Shown here piece by piece: positions 1-28,551 of a stretch of 64,000 nt of DNA. Origin of the DNA: the human T2T-CHM13v2.0 reference genome, Homo sapiens. The notes below the pieces were generated by a model. It was given only the letters and a program-made list of their open reading frames with translations. It had not been told where the DNA came from and did no database searches. The stretch lies in the NCBI RefSeq assembly GCF_009914755.1, contig NC_060943.1. The stretch is one strand, 5' to 3'. Numbering within the stretch: position 1 is the first letter of the stretch; every line of letters begins with the position of its first letter. The position numbers and the translations under genes were made by a program.

Positions 1-1
1 C

Positions 2-748
2 GAGCCAGAAGACAAGACAGTGAAGCAGGAACAGATTAACACTGAGCCTCTAGAAGACACAGTCCTGTCCCCGACCAAAAAGAGAAAGAGGCAAAAGGGG
101 ACGGAAGGGATGGAGCCAGAGGAGGGGGTGACAGTTGAGTCTCAGCCACAGGTGAAGGTGGAGCCACTGGAGGAAGCCATCCCTCTGCCCCCTACGAAGA
201 AGAGGAAAAAAGAAAAGGGACAGATGGCAATGATGGAGCCAGGGACGGAGGCGATGGAGCCAGTGGAGCCGGAGATGAAGCCTCTGGAGTCCCCAGGGGG
301 GACCATGGCGCCTCAACAGCCAGAAGGAGCGAAGCCTCAGGCCCAGGCAGCTCTGGCAGCTCCCAAAAAGAAGACGAAGAAAGAAAAACAGCAAGATGCC
401 ACAGTGGAGCCAGAGACAGAGGTGGTGGGGCCTGAGCTGCCGGATGACCTTGAGCCTCAGGCAGCTCCCACATCCACCAAGAAGAAGAAGAAGAAGAAAG
501 AGAGAGGTCACACAGTGACTGAGCCAATTCAGCCACTAGAGCCTGAACTGCCAGGGGAGGGACAGCCTGAAGCCAGGGCAACTCCGGGATCCACCAAGAA
601 GAGGAAGAAGCAGAGTCAGGAAAGCCGGATGCCAGAGACAGTGCCCCAAGAGGAGATGCCAGGGCCGCCACTGAATTCAGAGTCTGGGGAGGAGGCTCCC
701 ACAGGCCGGGACAAGAAGCGGAAGCAGCAGCAGCAGCAGCCTGTGTAG
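2..748 (+). CDS. POLR1G: 3' part of the last coding exon of RNA polymerase I subunit G (PAF49/CAST/ASE-1); the CDS begins upstream of the window
   Basis: Frame open from base 2 (EPEDKTVKQEQ...) to TAG 746-748. Lys/Glu/Pro-rich with a C-terminus RDKKRKQQQQQPV that I recognise as CD3EAP/POLR1G. Lies antisense to the ERCC1 3' end, as is known for ASE-1. Confidence 0.96.
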   Translation, partial: EPEDKTVKQEQINTEPLEDTVLSPTKKRKRQKGTEGMEPEEGVTVESQPQVKVEPLEEAIPLPPTKKRKKEKGQMAMMEPGTEAMEPVEPEMKPLESPGGTMAPQQPEGAKPQAQAALAAPKKKTKKEKQQDATVEPETEVVGPELPDDLEPQAAPTSTKKKKKKKERGHTVTEPIQPLEPELPGEGQPEARATPGSTKKRKKQSQESRMPETVPQEEMPGPPLNSESGEEAPTGRDKKRKQQQQQPV

Positions 749-881
749 TCTGCCCCCGGGAAACTGAGGAACTAAAGAAAGCTGAAGGTGCCCACCTGGG
801 CCACCAGAAGGTGACACCCCCAGAATCCCTCCCCAGAGACTGCACCAGCGCAGCCAGCAGGAGCCTGGCCTGGGAGGACGA

Positions 882-887
882 TTTATT
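882..887 (-). terminator. ERCC1: ERCC1 proximal polyadenylation signal AATAAA
   Basis: Plus strand tttatt = AATAAA on the - strand, about 35 nt downstream of the ERCC1 stop. Confidence 0.85.
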
Positions 888-921
888 ATTACACTGGGGG
901 TTTCCTTGGCAGCTGGGGTCA

Positions 922-972
922 TCAGGGTACTTTCAAGAAGGGCTCGTGCAGGACATCAAACAGCCTCCGGGC
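922..972 (-). CDS. ERCC1: ERCC1 exon 10 coding part ([16 protein letters not shown])
   Basis: CAG acceptor at 973-975, in-frame translation, TGA at 922-924 followed by a second TGA at 919-921. Confidence 0.97.
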   Translation of the reverse strand, partial: ARRLFDVLHEPFLKVP

Positions 973-1007
973 CTGGATGGGAGGGAGAAAAAAATGAGGA
1001 ACCAGTC

Positions 1008-1013
1008 ATTAAA
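1008..1013 (+). terminator. POLR1G: Candidate POLR1G proximal polyA signal ATTAAA; a distal AATAAA lies at 1962-1967
   Basis: Variant hexamer 260 nt after the stop, followed by a GT/T-rich tract near 1040-1062. Confidence 0.55.
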
Positions 1014-1079
1014 GGAGCTGTTTCCTGGGTAAATCTAGAGTGGGGTTTTGGTTCTTTATTTTCCCCTATACCCTCAAGC

Positions 1080-4794
<3,715 letters not shown>

Positions 4795-4815
<21 letters not shown>

Positions 4816-4923
4816 TCTGGTCTTTGGTTCTTTTTTCACCTTAAAACTTTGGGGTCTCAGGTTGTGTTTATTTGGGGCTCTCTCCTTCCCCCAACTCCTT
4901 GGGTTCTTTCCCAGAGCTCTTAC
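4795..4923 (-). CDS. ERCC1: Alternative ERCC1 C-terminus from read-through of exon 9 (323-aa isoform): [42 protein letters not shown]
   Basis: The frame stays open past the exon 9 donor for 42 codons to TAA 4795-4797. 281+42 = 323 aa, the length of the known long isoform. Confidence 0.85.
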
Positions 4924-4992
4924 TTTCTGAGGGCCCAGGCCTGGGCATAAGGCCAGATCTTCTCTTGATGCGGCGATGAGCTGTTCCAGAGA
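4924..4992 (-). CDS. ERCC1: ERCC1 exon 9 ([23 protein letters not shown]), HhH2 domain
   Basis: AG at 4993-4994, GT at 4922-4923, 69 nt in frame. Confidence 0.97.
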
Positions 4993-5185
4993 CTGAAAGG
5001 TGAAAGCGAGGGGTCAGGGCAGTTGAGCACAAAAGCCTCCCCTGTCCCAGCTGAGGAGGGGCCTCAGATATTCCCCAGGGGAGATGAGGGCCTGTGGGAA
5101 GGCAGGACGGGCAAGGGGTGGGCAGGGAGATGGAAGGAAATGGGTGACAGGCTTTCTAAAAAAGGCAAGGGGACAGAAATGCCTA

Positions 5186-5356
<171 letters not shown>

Positions 5357-5427
5357 TCACAGCTGTGTCCCCAGACTGCCTGGCGTGCAGGAAGCACTCA
5401 ATAAACGCTTTTTTTCCCAACTGATTA

Positions 5428-5574
<147 letters not shown>

Positions 5575-5626
5575 TTAGACAGGCATGGTTGTGGGCACCT
5601 GTAGTCCCAGCTACTCAGGAGGCTCA

Positions 5627-6251
<625 letters not shown>

Positions 6252-6419
6252 TTATAGATTTGCTTCATTATGGTCAGTCATAAGAATTGCCAATACTAGG
6301 CCGGGCGCGGTGGCTCACGCCTGTAATCCCAGCACTTTGGGATGATGAGGCAGGCAGATCATCTGAGGTCAGGAGTTCGAGACCAGCCTGGCCAACATGG
6401 TGAAACCTCGTTTCTACTA

Positions 6420-6617
<198 letters not shown>

Positions 6618-6776
6618 TCACGCCTATAATCCCAGCACTTTGGGAGGCTGAGGTGAGCAGATCACCAGGTCAGGAGATCGAGACCATCCCGACTAACATG
6701 GTGAAACCCCATCTCTACTAAAAATACAAAAAATTAGCCGGGCGTGGTAGCGGGCGCCTGTAGTCCCAGCTTTTCA

Positions 6777-6917
<141 letters not shown>

Positions 6918-7105
6918 CTAAAAATCAAAATTCCAGCCCATCCCCCGCCAAATACAACCTGGTAGTAACCACTGCTGGGCGCATCTTGATATCTTTTCTG
7001 GCTACAGGCCAGCTCTTGGGAGCCCAACCCCACTTCTCCCTGGGTAACCCTGGGCCAGTGGTTTGCTCTCTGGGCCTGTTTCCTCACTGTAAAGTGGGGT
7101 GGTCA

Positions 7106-7225
<120 letters not shown>

Positions 7226-8066
7226 TTAAAAATTAGCCAGGTGTGGTGGCGCGTGCCTTTAGTCTCAGCTGCTCGGGAGGCTGAGGCAGGAGGACTGCCT
7301 GAGCCTGTCAAGTTGAGGCTTCAGTAACCTGTGATAGCACCACTGCACTCCAGCCTCAGCAAAAGAGCAAGACCCTGTCTCAAAAAAATAATAATAAAGT
7401 GGGGAGGATGGTATGACTTTGAAGATCAGAGAATACTCTGGAATGCTCTGTAAGTGCCAAAAGCCACGCCTGGCACTGCTGAAGAAATGTTAGCTATTTT
7501 GGAAGGGAAGTCAGCACACAAAGTGTTTGTACTGGGTTTGACAGGAGGAAAACCAGAAACACTGCTTATTTTCCCGCTGCAGCAAGAAGCCAACCTCATG
7601 AAATGTTCAGCTTCCAACCGGGCACAGTGGCTCACGCCTGTAATCCCAGCACTTTGGGAGGGTAAGGCGGGAGGATCACCTGAGGTCAGGATTTCAAGAC
7701 CAGCCTGGCCAACATGGCAAAACCCGTCCCTACTAAAAATACAAAAAAATTAGCTGGGCGTGGTGGTGCACACCTGTAATCCCAGCTACTTGGGAGGCTG
7801 AGGCAGAATTGCTTGAACCCCCAAGGCAGAGCCGAGATCGTGCCACTGCACTTCAGCCTAGGGGACAGAGTGAGGCTCTGTATCAAAAAAAAAAAAAAAA
7901 AAATTAAGACCTTGTTTTACAGATGAGGAAACTGAAGGCCAGAGAGAGGCAGTGCCTGCACCAGGCCCACACAGGAAGGAGAAGGGAAGGGCTGGGCAGG
8001 GTGGGATGGGGGAGCAGGGACCAATCCCAGGTGGAGCCTGAATGAGGCAGGGAAGCCCTCATCTCA

Positions 8067-8519
<453 letters not shown>

Positions 8520-8782
8520 TCACAGTCTGATGAGCAGGACAGACCTGTCCCCAGACACTGATGATCTGGAGTGGCCAGGGCTGCGATGTGGGAGCCAGAG
8601 GAGGGACTGAGCCTGCCTGGGGGATCAGGGAGGGCTTCTTGGAGGAGGGGACATTAGAGCTGAGACCCAAAGGAGGATGAGGAGGAGGAAAGGATGAAAA
8701 GGAGACCAGAAAAGGGAATTCCAGACATAAAGAACAGCATGGGCAAAGGATGGGAGGGGAAAGAGGGCTTGAGGAATTATAA

Positions 8783-9070
<288 letters not shown>

Positions 9071-9621
9071 TGAGTAGCTGGGACTATAGGTGCCCACCAC
9101 CATATTTTTTGTATTTTGTAGAGATGGGGGTCTTCACTATGTTGCCCAGACTAGTCTCGAACTCTTGGCCTCAAGTGATCCTCCTGCCTCAGCCTCTCAA
9201 AGAGCTAGGATTACAGGCATGAGCCACTGCACCCAACCCAATGGAAGAGGAATGCTTGAGGCCAGGAGTTCAAGACCAGACTGGGTAACATAGCAAGACC
9301 CTGTCTCTAAAAATTAAAAAAAAAAATCACCTGGTGGGGGTGGCTCACACCTGTAATCCCAACACTTTAGGATCACCTGAGATCAGAAGTTCAAGACCAG
9401 CCTGACCAACATGGTGAAACCGCATCTCTACTAAAAATACAAAAAATTAGCCGGTCATGGTGGTACGCACCTGTAATCCCAGCTATTCAGGAGGCTGAGT
9501 CAGGAGAATCACCTGAATCCAGGAGGTGGAGGTTGCAGTGAGCCAAGATTGCACCACTACACTCCAGTCTGGGCGAAAGAGCGAGACTCTGTCTCAAAAC
9601 AATCAATCAATCAATCAATCA

Positions 9622-9804
<183 letters not shown>

Positions 9805-9963
9805 TCATGCCTGTAATCCCAGCCTTTGGGAGGCTGAGGTGGGTGGATCACCTGAGGTCAGGAGTTCAAGACCAGCCTGGCCAACATGGTGAAAACCAGT
9901 CTCTACTAAAAATACAAAAATCAGCCGGGCGTGGTGGTGCATGCCTATAATCCCAGCTACTCA

Positions 9964-10068
<105 letters not shown>

Positions 10069-10305
10069 TCAAACAAACAAACAAACAAACACAAAACAAA
10101 AAGAAGAGATATTTAGGTGGCAGAGATCTGGGACTAATTGAAGGGGATGTGGGGAAAGAGGAAATAGACAATTTTGCCCTCCCCTCTCCTTGCCAACATA
10201 ATGTCTTGGTGACCCATGTCATCTCAGATGTGAAAAACGTTCCTCGCTGAGGTTTTAGCTGCATTTCCTCTTGGAAGGGATTCAACAGCCCACTGCACAA
10301 CCTCA

Positions 10306-10524
<219 letters not shown>

Positions 10525-11050
10525 CTAAGGGCTCAGAGTACGGCATGGGGGACAGAGGGTCCTGAGGCCCACAGAGGGTAAGTCACTTGCCCCAGGTCAC
10601 TCTTCCAAGAAGATGCTCCGCAGGGATTGGCAGCCAGGGCCACATGGCTGTGCTTACCTAGAAGACCAGACCCCTGGCTTCTTCATGAAGAGGGGAAGAG
10701 ACTTGGGCTTCAAGGGGAGAACAGGTGCCAGGGGCCCTAGAGAGTGTGGGCACGGGGACACTGCATGGCTCGCGGTGGGAAGCAGGGCCCACTGCCAAAC
10801 CATCTGCTCTGGCCTTGGAGGGCTACGGTGAGGGCTTCATGACCCAGGGAACTAGGACTGGCTCTGCCCAGCAGTCTGCAGCTGTCACAGCCTGCAGGGA
10901 GCACAGGAACTCAGAGGTTTCACTTCCTCTGTCTGGCCCTGTCTGCAGAGGGGCCCCTAGGTTGGAGGGGAAAGTTGTTTAACTAGGGTAGAGATGGGAG
11001 AAATCCTGCTTCTCATCAACTCCAGTCAAGGATGTCTGGGACATGAGTGA

Positions 11051-11385
11051 CCCAGTCCCTCCTCCGTCAGATCCAGGAGTCTGGGCCCAGCCCCTCCTCC
11101 CTTAGACCCAGGAATCTGGCCCCAGCCCCTCCTCCCTTAGACCCAGGAGTCCAGGCCCCCAGCCCCTCCTCCCTGAGACCCCAGGAGTCCAGGCCCCCAG
11201 CCCCTCCTCCCTGAGACCCCAGGAGTCCAGGCCCCCAGCCCCTCCTGCCTCAGACCCAGGAGTCTAGGCCCCAGCCCCTCCTCCCTCAGATCCCCAGGAG
11301 TCCAGCCCTCAGCCCCTCCTCCCCCGGACCCAGGAGTCCGGCCCCCAGCCCCTCCTTCCTGAGACCCAGGAGTTCGGGCTCCAGC
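11051..11385. repeat. MSR1-type minisatellite, about 9 units of 35-38 bp, in ERCC1 intron 4
   Basis: Tandem unit CCCAGCCCCTCCTCCCTCAGACCCAGGAGTCCAGGCC matches the chr19q13-enriched MSR1 consensus. Confidence 0.88.
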
Positions 11386-11569
11386 TCTTGTTGCACTGGG
11401 CACCTCCAGGCCAAGACCCCCTGCCTCCAACACAGGGTCCCACCAAGGCCCAGAACCTGCAGGACCATGCCCAGAGGCTTCTCATAGAACAGTCCAGAAC
11501 ACTGGGACATGACCCTCCCAGGCCAGTGGGGTGCCCTTCCTGAAGTCTGGGGTGGCGCCGCAGAGCTCA

Positions 11570-11701
<132 letters not shown>

Positions 11702-11732
11702 TCAATAGGGATGACCCTTGATAACCACAGGG

Positions 11733-11832
11733 CCCTCCTCCACCTCTTCTTGCACCTCCTCCCTCCTCCCACCTCTTCCCACACCTCCTGCCTCCTCGCA
11801 CCTCTTCCCACACCTCCTCCCTCCTCCCACCT
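11733..11832. repeat. Degenerate C/T-rich tandem repeat (CACCTCYTCCC-like)
   Basis: Repeated cacctcttccca / cacctcctccctcctcc. Confidence 0.7.
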
Positions 11833-12287
11833 GTGGCAGGGTCTTTTCCAGCTTCTCTCTCCTCCTAACCCTGGACAGTCCCTGATCCTCTGATCCAGGC
11901 TCCTCCCCTCCATGCCCACTGGCACCAGGCCTTTCCTAAAGGGTCCCCGGGTCTGTCTCCAGCTCAGCCCTCTCCCTCCAGCCCCAGTCTGCGTGTCCTG
12001 TGGTCCTGAACACTTCCTGCCCTCACGCCCAGCAACTTTTTGTGTTTTTAGTAGAGATGGGGTGTCACCATATTCGCCAGACTGGTCTCGAACTCCTGAC
12101 CTCAGGTGATCCACCTGCCTCAGCCTCTCCAAAGTGCTGGGATTACAGGTGTGAGCCACCACACCCAGCCTCATTCAGTACATTTTGAATAAATTAACAA
12201 ACCTGGGGTGAGGAAACAGAGCTACACCAATACAGCCACAGCCCCAGCAAGTAGAGCTGGGGCACTCTCAACCCACACACTGCTGTC

Positions 12288-12316
12288 GAATGAATGAATG
12301 AATGAATGAATGAATG
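12288..12316 (+). repeat. (GAAT)7, probably an L2/MIR tail
   Basis: Read directly. Confidence 0.85.
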
Positions 12317-12403
12317 GGGAGAACAAAGTGGCTGGAACTCAGACCTCCTTGCACTGGAGTCATCCCTAGAACAGCGTTTCCCACTGAAAACCTCAAGGCC
12401 TCA

Positions 12404-14130
<1,727 letters not shown>

Positions 14131-14459
14131 GGAAGGAGATTTCAATATTGCCAGGTCCTTCCATTTACCAAAATATGTCTAAAGTGTAGATTTTTTTAAG
14201 ATTGCAAAACCTGGCGATTCTTAAACACGAGCAATAAATTCATGTCTTGAAAAATCAGGGTGCTGGCCTCGTAAAACACATCAGGGGCTACCTGCTGAAT
14301 GCCAGTGTCTGGCCTCTGCCTTAGCCCTCTCTTAGAACCACCCATCCATTTCACAGATGGGGAAACTGGGACCTGGGGAGGACCAAGGACTGTTTCCCCA
14401 AGTCGTCCGTGGCCCCCAAATCCACTAACCCACACCCTGGTCCCACAGGCCCCATCCTA

Positions 14460-15270
<811 letters not shown>

Positions 15271-15533
15271 TGTGGCCTGAGGATCTGGCTCCCAAACTGT
15301 TAAGTTTCAAAGCCCTTACTGAGCGCTTCTGTGTGCCCAGAATCCTGGCAGGGCTCAGTGGAGAACAGATCGCAGGAGATCCAACTTGGTCCCTCCTCTC
15401 AGTAAGGAGAGACTTAAGTTTGAATCCAACTCAGACATTGACTTGGCTTCAGTTTCCTCATTCATTCATTTATTCCACACCTATTCCCCCCACGCGCTTC
15501 CTCTCTTCCCGGTCCTGTGCGAGTCCGTGCTGG

Positions 15534-15695
15534 TGACACAGCAGTGACCAACGACAGCCCCGTGTTGTCCTCCCGGAGCTTACGGTTCAGTAAGGGACAC
15601 AGACACGTTCCCAGTGCTGACCCAGAATGGGCAGGTCTGGGATGGGAGATCCCGGGAGAGCCGTGGGATGGGGGTCAGGGGGAGCGCCTGACTCA
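15534..15695. promoter_or_regulatory. AP-1-like TGTGTCA (-, 15534-15540) and consensus AP-1 TGACTCA (15689-15695) upstream of ERCC1, inside an L2 remnant at about 15455-15760
   Basis: Motifs read directly. AP-1 regulation of ERCC1 is established. Confidence 0.6.
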
Positions 15696-15789
15696 GCCCC
15701 GGAGTCCGGAAGGGCTTCCTGGAGGAAGGGACATCTGAGCAGGGGCCTGGCTGATGAGTTAGTATTAGTCACTTCCTGAAAGGATAGTA

Positions 15790-19663
<3,874 letters not shown>

Positions 19664-19879
19664 TAAACTTTGGAATCCCGGATTCGAATCTCCCCGGCTC
19701 CCAGAGTTGCGCGTTCGAATCCCCCAGCCGTATCCAAGCTCCGATTCCGCCTCTTTCTTCCAAACGCCCCAAGTTCCAGAATTCAGCCGCAACTCCAGTT
19801 TGGGCCACTCCCCAGCTACGGCCCCTGCTCCCATCCCAAACCTTCCCCTCCTCTCAACTTCGAGCCCTTTGTTCGCCCC

Positions 19880-20290
19880 GGAACGGGTGGGGTGGGGACG
19901 GAGACTGTAAGGACGGGACCCTCACCGACAATTCCGCCAAAGGGGACCTGAACGGGGGGCGGAGAGCAGCCCGGCCGAAGGCTCTGGAAGCGGGCACCGC
20001 CGGGGGGCGCAGTGACCAGGCTGGCGTCCCCGCCCGCCTCTAAACTTAGCCGCGGTGACGCGCGGCCCGGCGATCGCGGCGGGGCCGGGGACGCAGGGGG
20101 GCCCGAGTGGAGGGGGGCGGCTCGGCTCGGCGAGCCTCTATTTATAGCGCCCGGAGCCCGAAATAGCGCGGAGCGGAGCGGCCGGGATGACGCGGGAGCC
20201 GCCGGGGGCTGACTCACCCGGCCCCAAGCGGAGGCCCCCGGATGGGGGGCAGTGGAGGCGCCTAGCCCCTACTCCGCGTCCTCCCGGGCA
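19880..20290. promoter_or_regulatory. Orphan CpG island / candidate enhancer A: MEF2 CTATTTATAG 20138-20147, AP-1 TGACTCA 20210-20216, half-CREs TGACG near 20056 and 20188
   Basis: Unique CpG-rich sequence between Alus with perfect consensus motifs. Confidence 0.7.
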
Positions 20291-20548
20291 CCTTTTTTGG
20301 TGGGACATCCCAAGTCTCCGCTGGAGAGGCTGTGGATGGATGTACAGCAAAGGAAAGATCTGCAGCATGAGAGACTGAGGTTGGATCAGAAGTGGGACTT
20401 CCACACACACAAAAAACCCCAGAACTGGGCCGGGCGCGGTGGCTCCCGCCTGTAATCTCAGCACTTTGAGAAGCCGAGGAGGGCAGATCACCTGAGGTCA
20501 GGAGATTGAGACCAGCCTGGCCAGCATGATGAAACCTCATCTCTACTA

Positions 20549-20707
<159 letters not shown>

Positions 20708-21819
20708 TCAAAAAAAGAAAGAAAGAAGGAAAGAAAAATAAAGACAGAATGGAGGACCTATTTATACAAAATGAGAAAGGCGGAAAGAGGGGAGGTGAAC
20801 CAGATATACACACTTGTTTCTCACCAGCAAGAGAACTGGGATGTTCTGGAGGCAAAGGAATGGACTCAGGGACCCTGGGTAGTTGCCATTCCAGAGCACA
20901 TGCCATTCTCCACTTGTCACGATTTCTTGCATACTGTTCCCATTCCCTAGAATGTTCTTCCTTGCCTTCTCAGCCTTGAGAACTCATGTACCTCCAGGAC
21001 CTGGTGCCCAGGGCAATTCCTTTATTTTTATTATTATCATTATTATTATTTGAGACAGAGTCTCGCTCTGTCACCCAGGCTGTAGTGCAGTGGCATGATC
21101 ACGATTCACTGCAACTTCCGCCTCCCAGGTTCAAGTGATTCTCCTGCCTCAGCCTCCTGAGTAGCTGGGACTACAGGCGCATGCCACCACACCCAGCTAA
21201 TTTTTTATTTTTAGTAGAGATGGGGTTTCACCATGTTGGCCAGGCTGGTTTCGAACTCCTGACCTCAGGTGATCCACCCGCCTCGGCCTCCCAAAGTGAT
21301 GGGATTACAGGCATGAGCCACCGCGTCCAGCCGGAGCAATTCCTCAAATAAAAACTCCGTGACCCACTGAACTGGGAGCCCCATAAGGGCAGGGTCAAGG
21401 CCATCTCAGTCATCGCCTTGTCCCCAGCGCTGCCCAGCACAGGACAGGCCTTGGGATAAATTAACTGCATGAATAAAAGGTGCTGGTGATAAAATAAAAT
21501 GACATTTCCCGTTATAATAGCAAATGTTGATTGCATGCTCTGTGACCGGCACGCATGATTCTGAGCCTTATCTCCTGTGGGCCTCGCTGCAGCCCTGCAG
21601 GGATGTACTTTTATTATTATTATCACCGCCATCCCTATGTTAGAGATGAAGACACCAGGCCCAAAGGGGCTAAAAGTACTGGATCTCACTGCTTGCACTC
21701 AGAGCTTTCTCTTAAACCTAGGTCACCTTGGCTCCAAAGGTGTTCGGTTTCCAGCATACATACATCTGGGTCCTGTGGAACCAAAAGCTAGGGAGTGAGT
21801 CTCAGCCTGCAGCCCAAAG

Positions 21820-24035
<2,216 letters not shown>

Positions 24036-24168
24036 CCAGGTGGAGTGGCTCACGCCTGTATTCCCAGCACTTTGGGAGGCCGAGGTGGGCGGATCACGTG
24101 AGGTTGGGAGTTCGAGACCAGCCTGACCAACATGACCTGACCAACATGGATAAACCCTGTCTCTACTA

Positions 24169-24353
<185 letters not shown>

Positions 24354-24419
24354 TTAGGCCGGGTGCGGTGGCTCACACCTGTAATCCCAGCACTTTGGGA
24401 GAACAAGGCAGGCAGATCA

Positions 24420-26152
<1,733 letters not shown>

Positions 26153-26706
26153 TAGCTGGGATTACAGGCATGCACCACCACGCCCGGCTAATTTTTTGTA
26201 TTTTTTTTTTTAGTAGAGATGGGGTTTTTCCACGTTGGTCGGGCTGGTCTCAAACTCCTGACCTCAGGTGATCCACCTGCTTCAGCCTCCCAAAGTGCTG
26301 CAATTACAGGCATGAGCCATGGTGCCTGGCCAAATTTTTGTATTTTTAGTAGAGACGGGGTTTCCCCATGTTGGCCAGGCTGGTCTCAGACTCCTGACTT
26401 CATGATCCATCCACCTTGGCCTCCCAAAGTGCTGGGATTACAGGCATGAGCCACTGTGCCAGGCCCATTTTACAGCATTTCAAACACTTCCAGGACTATG
26501 CCGCACAGTAACATTGATTCTCACAGCAGCCCTCCACACTACAACCCTCTGAGATGACTTATCTCACCATGCCCATTTTACAGAGGGAGAAACTGAGGCA
26601 CAGGGAAGGTAGACTCTTATCCAAGGCCACATAGCAGGTAAACAAACAAACTAGGACTCCAACCAAACCTTGTGCTCTGTCTCAGCCTTAAAAGAAAACT
26701 CAATAA

Positions 26707-26919
<213 letters not shown>

Positions 26920-27687
26920 TGATCTCAAACTGCTGGCCTCAAGGGATCCTCCTGCCTTGGACTCCCAAAGTGTTGGGATTACAGGTGTGAGCCTCCATGT
27001 TCAGTCCACATTCTGTACTTTTTTTTTTAGATGGAGTCTCACTCTGTCACCCAGGGTGGAGAGCAGTGGCGCAATCTTGGCTCACTGCAACCTCTGCCTC
27101 CCGGATTCAAGCGATTCTCTCAAGTCTCAGCCTCCCAAGTAGCCGGGAGTACAGACATGTACCACCATGCCCGGCTAATATTTTTTGTATTTTTAGTAGA
27201 GACGGGGTTTCACCATGGTGGCCAGGTTGGTCTTGAACTCCTGACCTCAGTTGATCTGCCCACCTCATCCTCCCAAAGTGCTGAGATTACAGACATGAGC
27301 CACCGTGCCCAGCCTATTTTTTTTAAAACGGGAAAAATATCTGTAAATTGCCACAGTGACCCACGGAGCCTGGATGAAGAGCGGGAAGCCTGAGGTCTCC
27401 TTCAGTCTCCATCCTCTCTCTGAGCCTCAGTTTCCTTCCCTATGTGGAAGGGTTGGAAAAGATGTTCTCTAAAAGCCTCAGAAACTCTGCCGTTAGCGTG
27501 GAGGGGACAGAAGCTCAAACAGATTGCATTAGTTTCTTAACGGCTACTATAACAAATTATCCCCAATTCAGTGACTTAAAACAAGAGAAATTCGGCCGGG
27601 CGCCGTGGCTCACGCCTGTAATCCCAGCACTTTGGGAGGCCGAGGCGGGCGGATCACGAGGTCAAGAGATCGAGACTATCCTGGTCA

Positions 27688-28039
<352 letters not shown>

Positions 28040-28551
28040 TTAAAACGACATGTGTGACAGCCAGGCATGGTAGCCTGCACTTGTAATCCCAGCTCCTTGG
28101 AAAGCTGAGGTGGGAGGACCCCGTGAGACCAAGAGTTGGAGATCAACCTGGGCCATACAGTGAGACTCCATATATAGTGGATTCCAATATAGTGAGACTT
28201 TAAAATATAAAATAAGGGCCGGGCATAGTGGCTCACGCGTGTAATCCCAGCACTTTGGGAGGCCAAGGTGGGTGAATCACCTGAGGTCAGGAGTTCGAGA
28301 CCAGCCTGACCAACATGGTGAAACCCCATCTCCACTAAAAATACAAAATTAGCCAGGCGTTGTGACACACGCCCGTAATCCCAGCTACTCAGGAGGCTGA
28401 GGGAGGAGAATCGCTTGAACCCAGGAGGCAGAGGTTGCAGTGAGCCTTGATCACGCCACTGCACTTCGGCCTGGGCGACAGGAGCAAGACTTCATCTCAA
28501 AAAAGAAAAAGAAAATATATATGTGTGTGTGTATATATATATATAATAAGT

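Noticed and set aside
50-845. Minus-strand ORFs 50-511 and 192-845
   Set aside because: Antisense shadows of the purine-rich POLR1G exon
11051-11433. CRISPR-like ~37-bp periodic array and its ORF
   Set aside because: Units are contiguous with no unique spacers; this is the MSR1 minisatellite
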